A DNA stretch of 64,000 nucleotides. It comes from Candidatus Micrarchaeota archaeon. GTDB lineage: Archaea > Micrarchaeota > Micrarchaeia > Anstonellales > Bilamarchaeaceae. How positions within the stretch are numbered: position 1 is the first letter of the stretch; every line of letters begins with the position of its first letter. Below, in pieces: positions 36,762 to 45,700 of this stretch. A program made the position numbers and the translations under genes. The notes below the pieces were generated by a model, which saw nothing but the letters and a program-made list of their open reading frames with translations, had not been told where the DNA came from and did not search any database. The DNA is taken from NCBI GenBank assembly GCA_040753215.1, contig JBFMEZ010000025.1, positions 1-64,000 on the forward strand, given 5' to 3'.

Positions 36762-37268
36762 CTATTCTTCAGGATTCAGCTTCAGCGCCTCCCCCATCAC
36801 GTGGCCGAAGTAGCCGAGGAAGAAGCCGCAGAGGGAGAGGAAGGAGGCGGCTGGCGGAAGGCGGAGGTAAAGGAGGAGCGCGGAATAAGCGAGCGTGAAG
36901 AGCGCCATCGGGATGAGGCCGTGGAGAGGGGGCTTGAGCGGGCTCATCAGGTCGAAAACGAGGAACAGGGCTGTGAGAAGGAGGAGGGCGTATAGGACGA
37001 GGTTCTCGCAGAACGGGATGATGAGGTACAGGCATATCACGTAGCCCCCGGACCAGGCGAGATAGATTAGGAAGGCGGCGGAGAGGAGCACGAGGACCCT
37101 CAGGTGGCCCCGGTAACCCTTCAGGAGAGAATCGAGGTCCGGGAGGGCTGAGCCGAGGAGTATCCCGACTCCGGCGAGGGCTATCGAATAAGAATCATAT
37201 TTCAGGAAATAAAGGGCGGTGGCGAAGAGCAGGAAGAGCCCGATTGCAAAGACCTGCCTGGGGCGCAT
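36762..37268 (-). CDS. membrane-bound metal-dependent hydrolase-like protein
   Basis: GSALPDLD, HG and GYFGH motifs; hydrophobic. Confidence 0.6.
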   Translation of the reverse strand: MRPRQVFAIGLFLLFATALYFLKYDSYSIALAGVGILLGSALPDLDSLLKGYRGHLRVLVLLSAAFLIYLAWSGGYVICLYLIIPFCENLVLYALLLLTALFLVFDLMSPLKPPLHGLIPMALFTLAYSALLLYLRLPPAASFLSLCGFFLGYFGHVMGEALKLNPEE

Positions 37269-37270
37269 AT

Positions 37271-38659
37271 TTACACATTATAGTAGGCCTCGAACTCGTA
37301 GGCGGAGGTGCGGAGGTTGTGCTCCTTCTGCTCGTTCATCTTCTGCTCAAGGTAGTCCTCCAGAAGCTCCGGGGAGAGCACGCCCTTTAGGAAGGCGTTG
37401 TCGGTCTCGAATTCGCTCACCGCCTCCAGCAGGCTGGACGGGAGATAGCCCACTCCCGCGTCCTTCCTCTCCTTCGCGCCCATGGAGGAGATGTCCTTGT
37501 CCACAGGGTCTCCGGGGTCCTTCTTTTTCTTTATGCCGTCAAGGCCCGCGGCTACTACAACGGAGTAGGCAAGGTAGGGATTGACGGACGGGTCCGCGCC
37601 CATGAATGCGACGCACTTGCCGAGCTTGTCGTTCTTCCTCTCGAACGGGATGCGGACCAGCGCCCCGTTGCTCCTCTTGCCCCATGCGATGTAGAGCGGG
37701 TCGCCGAGCAGCTTCTTGTAAGAGTTGGTCGTTGGCGCGGTGAAAAGCGAGAGGGCGGATGCGTGCTCGAGGATTCCGCCTGCGAAATAGCGGCCGTTCT
37801 GGCTGAGCTGCGCGTACGTGTCCGCGGGGTCGTAGAAGACGTTCTCGTCGCCCTTCCAGAAGGACTGCGAGACCCTGAGGGAGCTGCCCCTCTCGGTGTG
37901 TATCGGCAGGGGCATGAATGTGGATGTGCTGTTCGCTATGAAGGCGAGGTTGCGGACCACGTATTTTGCGGTGACCATCGCATCTGCGGCGGTGCGCAGC
38001 GGGTTCGGCTTGAGCGCCAGGGACTGCTGGGAGCTGGGAGCCCTGCCGTGCACGTGGCCCTGCACGAAGAAGCGGAAGTTGTCCTCAAGCACCTCGGACA
38101 CCTGCGTGCGCGCGGAGTAGAGGGAATCGAACGGCTGGCCTATGAACGCGCCGTTCTTCGCGTTCCAGAGCGGGGAGGGGTTCCACGGCGCCTCCCTGGA
38201 ATCTATAAGGTAGTTGGGGCCCCTGCCGGGGGTCATCTTGTCCACGCTCACCGCGTCGAATACGTAGAATTCCATCTCTGTGGCTGCGGATACGTCGGTC
38301 AGCCCCATCGCCCTCGCATTCACCATAACGCGCTCGGCGACGTAGCGGGGGTCCTTGAGGAAGCGCTCCATCTTCGGGGCGACTGCGACGTCGCAGAGGA
38401 AGCGGACTGTGTTCGCCTCCCACGGCACCCTGCCGAAGGTGTCCGGGTCTGGCCTCAGGACGAGCTCGCCGTCCTCGCTGAAGCCGAAGAGCTCCTGCAG
38501 GTTGCCGCACTGCACGCCGGCTGCGAAGGAATCCACGCTGAAATCCCTCGCGTGCACGGTCGCGCGGTTCAGCCTTCCGGTCGTGTCCACGAACTGGAGG
38601 TCTATCCACTTTGTGTTGTTCACGCTTATGAATTCCAGTGCCTCTTCAGGAGTCGGCAT
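37271..38659 (-). CDS. glutamine synthetase type I homolog with degenerate active site
   Basis: DLQFVDTTG, EMEFYVFD, TFMPLP, PTTNSYK and DPSVNPYL are present, but several catalytic residues are replaced. Confidence 0.88.
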   Translation of the reverse strand: MPTPEEALEFISVNNTKWIDLQFVDTTGRLNRATVHARDFSVDSFAAGVQCGNLQELFGFSEDGELVLRPDPDTFGRVPWEANTVRFLCDVAVAPKMERFLKDPRYVAERVMVNARAMGLTDVSAATEMEFYVFDAVSVDKMTPGRGPNYLIDSREAPWNPSPLWNAKNGAFIGQPFDSLYSARTQVSEVLEDNFRFFVQGHVHGRAPSSQQSLALKPNPLRTAADAMVTAKYVVRNLAFIANSTSTFMPLPIHTERGSSLRVSQSFWKGDENVFYDPADTYAQLSQNGRYFAGGILEHASALSLFTAPTTNSYKKLLGDPLYIAWGKRSNGALVRIPFERKNDKLGKCVAFMGADPSVNPYLAYSVVVAAGLDGIKKKKDPGDPVDKDISSMGAKERKDAGVGYLPSSLLEAVSEFETDNAFLKGVLSPELLEDYLEQKMNEQKEHNLRTSAYEFEAYYNV

Positions 38660-38745
38660 ACATACACCCGCGGAGATACCGAAGAATACATAAATAAAGA
38701 TTTCTATGGCAAATAGCCTAAGCGTATAGCCCTTCAATCATAAAT

Positions 38746-38801
38746 GGGGGGTTATGATTACGCTAAAGAGAAGGGGGAACTCCCCCTTCTTCTTGCTGCC
38801 A
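38746..38801. repeat. hairpin element (copy 2) directly upstream of tRNA-Phe
   Basis: GGGGGGTTATGATTACGCTAAAGAGAAGGGGGAACTCCCCCTTCTTCTTGCTGCCA closely matches 12254-12311. Confidence 0.85.
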
Positions 38802-38941
38802 CGGTAGCTCAGCTGGGAGAGCACTCGAGGTCTTCTGAGATTAATTTCATTTGACCGGTGAAGCTGAAGTTCCGTTCCCGCAATGGGGCGGATATTCTCC
38901 CGGAAACCGAGGGGTCGCTGGTTCAAATCCGGCCCGTGGCA
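38798..38941 (+). tRNA. tRNA-Phe(GAA) with two introns (38828-38862 at 30/31; 38870-38905 at 37/38)
   Basis: Removing both leaves a 73-nt cloverleaf with CTCGG-CTGAAGA-CCGAG. Intron 1 has the BHB AG-CACT-CG|A-GGTC ... GACC-GGTG-AA|G-CT. Confidence 0.92.
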
Positions 38942-38945
38942 ATTT

Positions 38946-39626
38946 TCATTTTATATAGATTCCTTTTTCTCTCGGGAAATCCACCCTGCGCACAAGGTTC
39001 AGCCCTGGCCTGCGCTCCGAATCGTAGTGCGCATATGCGAGGAGGGCGGCGGCGAGGAATTCCTTCGTGTAGCCGCCGTATGCCATTTTCTTGACCAGCC
39101 CTGCGAAGTCGAGGGAGAACGACTTCCCGCGGAATTCGAATGAGATTTCGCCCTTTTCGTAATCTATGCCGGCGTTGGACGCGCCCAGCTCCTCCAGGCA
39201 TCTTTCGGCATAGCTGCTCATGTAGGGGAAGCTGAGGAGGATGTATGTCCCGAACAGCCCCTTCCTGACCGGGCCGGCGAAGGATTTTGGCAGCCATTTC
39301 CAGGGCGGCTCCTCCGCCTCTTCCTCGTTTTTCATTATGTCCCCGAAATGGAGTATCGTAGCAGGGCCGGATATCTTCCTCCCGGAGAACCTGACCATCT
39401 CCTCGAGCGGCTTCTTCCAGCCCTTTTCGCCTTTCTTTACCGGAGGCATCACGCCGATGTAATATGCGCCCTGCTCTATCTCGGCGAAAACCGGGGCCCT
39501 CTTCTTCAGGGAGAAATTTATTATGTCGATCCACGCGCCGCGGGCGGCCGAGGGGCCGGCGGCCGCATAGTTGCGCGAAAGCGCGCCGCGGGTTATCGAT
39601 TCAGAAACGAAATACCCACTGTCCAT
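38946..39626 (-). CDS. hypothetical protein
   Basis: ORF from ATG 39626 (MDSGYF...). Confidence 0.7.
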   Translation of the reverse strand: MDSGYFVSESITRGALSRNYAAAGPSAARGAWIDIINFSLKKRAPVFAEIEQGAYYIGVMPPVKKGEKGWKKPLEEMVRFSGRKISGPATILHFGDIMKNEEEAEEPPWKWLPKSFAGPVRKGLFGTYILLSFPYMSSYAERCLEELGASNAGIDYEKGEISFEFRGKSFSLDFAGLVKKMAYGGYTKEFLAAALLAYAHYDSERRPGLNLVRRVDFPREKGIYIK

Positions 39627-39678
39627 GCTGGTATTTGGAGGGCAAAGCTTAAATATGAAAAGAGCCGCAATACAATAA

Positions 39679-39741
39679 ATGATGAAATGTACAACCTCTG
39701 AGCCGTGCTTGCACGGCGTTGATGACACCAACAGCGTCTGA
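39679..39741 (+). ncRNA. C/D box guide sRNA
   Basis: C box ATGATGA, 12-nt guide, D' CTGA, hairpin GCCGTG-CTTG-CACGGC, C' TTGATGA, 12-nt guide, D CTGA; intergenic. Confidence 0.85.
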
Positions 39742-39750
39742 ATCGTAATT

Positions 39751-42700
39751 CTAGTGATGGAGCTTCCTTGCGCCCCTCGGGACGGGCGGAGGGCCCTGCA
39801 CAAGCCCCCTGAATCTCTTAGGGAGCGGCAGGCCGGGACTCGGCGCCGGCCTCGGCGCATTCATGGAAGCGGCAATCCGCCCCCTAAGTTCGGGCCCGAA
39901 GTATCCTGCGTAGTATGCGGGCAGCTCCCTCCTGTCCCTCGCCATCATGCGCTCGTCTGCCAGCCTCTTGTCCACCGCATCCCTCATGAGCTCGCCTATT
40001 TCCGCAGCCGTGAACATGCCGGATGCTATGAGCTGCGACGCCGCAGACGCCTCGCCGCGGTACACCACTGCCTTTACCGCCGCCCATTTTAGCAGCAGCT
40101 TCTGCCATTCTGCGGGCGGGCTGCCGGAGAACGCCGCGGACATCGGCACACCGACGTCCTTTCCGCACTGCACCGCGCATAGAAGCGCGGAGAATGGCGA
40201 ATCCAGCTCTGCCGCGAAATTCAGCGCCTCGTATTTCTCCTCAAGGTCGCCCTGCCCCCCCCGGAGGGCCATTGGCTCGAGCAGCTTTTCGCCTATTGCC
40301 GGGCTGCCTGCTGCCACCCCGAGCACTTCGGAAATGACCTCGGGGAGCATCCTGGAATCGCCAATTATGGCTGCGAAATGCTCTGCCGCCGGCCCGCCTG
40401 CGGCCGCCATGAGCTGCGCCGCGGTTTTTCTTGAGGCGATTTCAAGGTCGAGCGGGAGAAGGTCCTGCGGATGAACCCTCAGGCGCACCATGCGCTCCAG
40501 CTCGTCAAGGGGCACGTACGGGCCAGCCGCCTTCAGCGCGTCTTCCGCGCACGTGCTGACCATCCCGTTCCTGTGCCTGAGCAGCCCTGCGAGGAGCCTC
40601 GTGTTCTCCCGGAACTCCGGGAGCACGCTGAGCTCCTTCGGCGTTTCCCTTCCGCTCTGCAGCACCCTGGTAAACAGCTCCGCGGCCTGCACCGCCTTGT
40701 TCTCGTCCCCGGAGCGCAGCATCGCGCCTATCTGCTCCTGTGCGCCCCTTCCCATCAGCCTCAGGACGTTGTACACCCTTGCGGCCAGCTTTTCCCCGCC
40801 TTCCGTGCTGAGGACGGCGGCGACGCTGTCGAGGAGGTTTATGTTCCTCATCTCGGAAAGGACCATCGCGACAACGCCCTCGGAAAGCTCCTTCATGCCT
40901 ATCGCATTCAGCAGGCATTCCCTGGCCTTCTTTTCTGTCGCCTCGCTCTGCCTGTGGCCTTTCTTCTTTCTGGCGTAGCCGGCGAGCTCGCCTATGGTCA
41001 CGAGCGCGTTCCTGCGGTATTCCGGCGGGTAGCGCGAAAAATCGACGGAAAGGACGATGTCCGAAAGCTGGCCAACCGCGAGGTCGCCGTTCCTCACCAG
41101 GATTGTGCGTGCCTCCCTGAGGCGGTCCGCATTGTCAGCGGCCTCCACATCCCCGAAGAGGTGCGCCTTCACGCACGCCTTTATCAGGTCCGCGCCGCAG
41201 TCCTTCTGCTCGCGGAAAATCTTGAAAGCCACGAGCCCGAGGTCTGAAAGCTCGCCCCTGTCGAAGGCTGCGCGCATCAGGCAGGGGCGGACCTCCCCCT
41301 TTCCGTAGGCAGCCGAGAGGGCTTCCTCCACCCTGCGGCCGGTCCTCACGGCCTCGTCCCCGAGGCTCTTCCCGGAAACGAGCCCGGAGAGGAGCCTGTA
41401 TGAAGCGTCGGAATTTATGCGTGCGAGCAATACCGCGATTGCCGCGGCTTCCTTCGGGGCGATTCCCTCCTTCTCCCTGTCAGCCAGGAACCGCCCGGCA
41501 TGCTTCGTTGCCCCTTCCGCGAAAACCGGCAGGGATGCGAAATCCTGCATAGCGGCAACATCTGCGGCATCCATGTCCTTTATGAGGGGAAGCATGTGGC
41601 CTGCGAGGGCGGCGCACCTGCCGCTCTCCAGCAGCCCGCCGAAGGCCGATGCGAGGCCGGAAAGCGCGAGCGCCTCCTTCGGGGTGAGTGCCCCTTCCCG
41701 GGATTTCCTTTCCGCGTATTCGAGGAGGATTGCTTCCCCGTGGGCCGCGTCCAGCTTGATTGCGAGGTCCTGCAGCTTCTCGAGCTGGGCAGGGTTCATT
41801 CTAACTGCCTCCGGGAGCGCATGCTTCAGGAACTCCACGCCCTCCTTTGCGCCTATGTCTTCAACGACTATGGAAAGGAGGTGGGCACCGTCTGCGCCGA
41901 GGCCCTCTGCGGCGGCTTCCGCATACCTCAGTATTACGGGGACCGCGCCCTTTCCTATCTTCCTGGCGAAGCGCGCGGCTGCGACAAGCTGCTCGTCGTC
42001 CATTCCCTTCAGTACCGGCAGGGAGCTGGCGAGGATGCGGTTTGCGTCATCATCCGCAAAGCCGGCTTCCATCGCAAGGGAAATCATGAAGCGGCATTCT
42101 TCCGCGGTCAGCGTGCCTTTTGAGGATTCCGCCTCCGCGTAAGAGGCGAGGTGCGCGACAGGATTGCTGCCCTTTTCCGCCATCTCCATCACCAGCTGGC
42201 TGATGAGCGGGTCGTGCACGCGGCCGAGCGTCCTGCTTTCGGAAAGCGCGACTGCGAGCATTCCTGCGGGTTCCATTGCGGCGAGGAGGGATGCCACGCT
42301 TTCCCTGAGCTCCGGCTGCTGCTGGTAGGCGTTGAGGAGCAGCGGGACCGAGGTTCCTGCGGCCTGCCCGCCAACGAGCGCCGCGGCGCTCTTCCTTGCC
42401 GCGAAGGGGGCGTTGTAATCGCCCAGGACTGCGCACACGCGGCCGAAATCGGCTTCGGCCTCCATGATTTCCATCGCCCTGGAGTTCCCGGAAGCCGCCT
42501 CCAGCAGCCTTGAATATGCGTAGTGCACGTCGGCATCATCGCCCTTGGCCGAGAGGAACAGCTCGGCGGCCCTTTCAACCGCAACCTCAGGGCTGCCGGG
42601 GTCCAGAAGCGTATCCTCAAGGTGGCGCAGGGCATCGAAGCTGCCCTCGTGCAGCGCCTGCATTATGGTGTGGGAGGCCTCGGTGTCGCCCTCCGCAATC

Positions 42701-45700
42701 GCGGAGGCGAGGAGCGGGTATGCGTCCCTGTGCCCAGGGGCAAGCTCCGCAAGAAGGCCCGCGGCTCCGCGCCTGACATTAACATCTTCGTTGTGAGCCA
42801 GCAGCTCCCCGAGGAGGGGCCCTGCACGGCTGAAATCCATCGCAAGGAAGTACCTCCGGGTGTCCAGGCCTTTTCCGCCCAAAAGTATGAGCCGGCTGGC
42901 CGCACCCTCTGCGACCTGCTGGGAATCGTGGGTGAGCATCGGGGCGAGCACATCGCACGCCTCTTCGGTGCCCATCTGTCCCAGCACGGATATCGTTCTG
43001 AGGTTTTCCCCGTCCTCCCTGCCTGCGTATATGGACGGCAGGAGGCGGAGGCCGCCGGAGTGTATGCTTGAAACCGCGAGCTTCCTGACTTCGGCGTTCC
43101 CGCCGGCTGTTGCGGAACAGAGCACGGGGTAAACATCTTCAGGGTAGCGCACCGCGAATTCCGAGAGCAGGGTGGCGGCTGAGACGCCGGCTGCTTCGCT
43201 GAGCTCGCTGCCATCGCTGTCCAGCACCGCTTCCTTCAGGAGGGCGAGCGAGCGGTTGAAATCCAGGTTCCTGAAATATTTGTGGGTGTCAGTGCCATCT
43301 GCTCCGTGCGCGGCGAGCAGCACACGGGCCGCCTCTGCGGAAACTGCGGGCTCCGTGTCGAGCAGCACGGGCGAGAGCGCGGCAAGCGCCTCCTGCGTCC
43401 CTATCTCCCTCAGGACCGAGACCGCGTTTAGCTTGCCCTCCCTTGTGCATGAGCCGAATTCCTCGGACACGGCCCGTATCACTGCGCCGTCCCCCCGGGA
43501 TATGAGCATGGAGCATACGCCCATCGCGACATCCGGGTAGTCCAGGGCTCCGGCGAGGCCGTTGAGCGCCGCCGGGTCGTTTATGTCCGCCAGCCTCTGG
43601 AGGGCTGCGAGGCGGGCATCGGAGTCCTTCGCCCTGTGGAGCAACTTCACGAGCCTTGCTACCTCCCTGCCGGATTCCCTGGAAGATGCGACCAGCTCCG
43701 GAGCGGGAGGCGAGTAAACTGTAGGCCCCGCGTTTTCTGGCCCGGATTTTCCCACAAGCCCCTGCGGAGGCGGGTATAGGGATGTCGGCCTCGCTTCCAG
43801 AGGTATTCCATCTGCATGGGCCTCTGCTGTTTGCGGCACCGGAGCTGGCGGCTCTGGTTCGGCCGCAGGAACATGCGAGGTTGCGCCCGGCGTTTCCGGA
43901 GCCGGCTGGCCTTCAGCGGCAGGTGCAGCAGGTTCCTCGCCCAAAACATCCTCTTCCCTCACCGGAGCAGGCGGCTGGGACGGGGTTTCTGGCAAACCAA
44001 ACCCCCGCCCTCCCGGTCCCACTTCGGCTCTGGAGGTTTGGTTTGGTCTCCCGTTTCCTGTTTCCGGTTTCGCGTCCGCTGTTGGCTGCGGAGCGCCTGC
44101 TGCCTGCGCTTCTGCCTTTTCTCCTGCAAGCGCTGCGGCTATCTCTTCCGGTGTGGGGGCACGTCTCTGAAACGTCCTCCATTTATCCGGAGGCAGCAGT
44201 TTTCCATCGGGGCCGAGCAGCGCGGGGCCCACATCCGGCGCAGGTGCGGGGCCTTTCATTGTCGGGTGCGCGGAAGGAACATCAGCAACCGGCTGGGGAG
44301 TGGAAACTGTAGAGTGGGAACCGGGAACCGGAAGCGGGGAACTGGTTGCTGGCTGCGCTGCGGGCATCCCTACTGCGGTCCCTCCCCTCGCAGCGTCTGC
44401 CATCTCTTGTGAACCTGAAACGGGCGGCTTTCCTGCCGTAAGGTCAATCACCCGCTGGAACTCGCCGCTTTCGGAAGCATCCGGCGCATGTGGCACAATT
44501 TCCAAGTGCAGCTTCTTTGCACCCGGTTTCCCGCTTTCTGTTTCGGAACTGGAAACCGGAGACAGGAAACCGGAAACTGCGCTGCCACCTGCGGGCGGGA
44601 CTGCGTGACCGGCAACCGTTCTGCCTCTCAGCGCCTCTGCCATTGCGAGGCTCTCGGGGGCAGCGGAGGAAACCGGCCCGGAACCGGAAACTGGAAGCCG
44701 GGAACCGTGAACCGGCTCTGTTGGTGCAGCTGCGGTGGCGGCTCTTGGCGCTTCCGCTGGGGGAGTCGGCACTTCGGGAGTTTCCGGCAACCGGGAACCG
44801 GAAACTGGAAGCTGGGGTGCCGGGTAAGGAGGAGGAAGCGGCTTAAGGAGGCCTGAATCGCCTTCTGAGCCGGCTGCGATTGTGGCAGCGAGGCCTATGG
44901 GCGCGGCGATTTCGACCGCATGCACGCGCGGGCCGGAGCCGTTTGCAGGAGGGGCTGCTGGAACCGTGGGCCTTGCTTCACTCTCCTTTGCGGCCTCAAG
45001 CTCGCGCTCGACAACCTTAAGGAATTCCAGCACTGCCGGCCCGGAGGGAAGCCCTATCCTTTCGGAATTTATCTTGTCCAATGCCGCGTGCATCAGTTCC
45101 GGCGCAATGGAACCGTTGCCGCAGAGAAGGTAGATGTGGAGCTTTGCAGGGTAGGGGTGGCCCGCATCTATGCACAGCCCGGAGAAGAATGCCGTCTCCT
45201 CATCAATGCCGCTGAACTGCTTCCTCTCGGAAAGGAGGATTGCGAGTGCCTTCTTTCCCACATCCTCGGGAATGAAGCCCCTCTGCACCCTGTTGTCTAT
45301 CTGCCTTTTCGTCCTTATTTCGGCCCTGCAGACCGTGAAGAGCTTGTCCGCCTCTTCGGGGGTTTTCACCGACGCCTCGCCTGCGCGAACACGCCTAAGG
45401 GCTTCCTCCGCGGCCATGGCAGCGTAGTTGTCGGCCGGCGGCTTCCATTCCTTTCCGACTGCGCGCATGAGTGCGGCGAGCCGCTCGGGCATCGCGAGAA
45501 CTGCGTTCCAGCCCTCGAGTTCTGCCTCCTTTTCGGCAAGGGCTGCGGGAGCGGGTTCCTTCTTTCTCATGCCCCCAACAGACTTGCCGAGGGTTTCAAC
45601 AAAACCTTCCGCGGTCCTGCGCAGCTTCTCGCCCTGGAAAATATTGAGCAGGCCGGAGCGGCCCACGCGCACTCCGCCCATGGTTCTCGGGCCTTCCGCG

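Noticed and set aside
12254..38801. Direct trans-splicing of the tRNA-Val 5' fragment onto tRNA-Phe
   Set aside because: The two element copies would pair straight through TGGCA/TGCCA without bulges, and tRNA-Phe already has its own 5' end.
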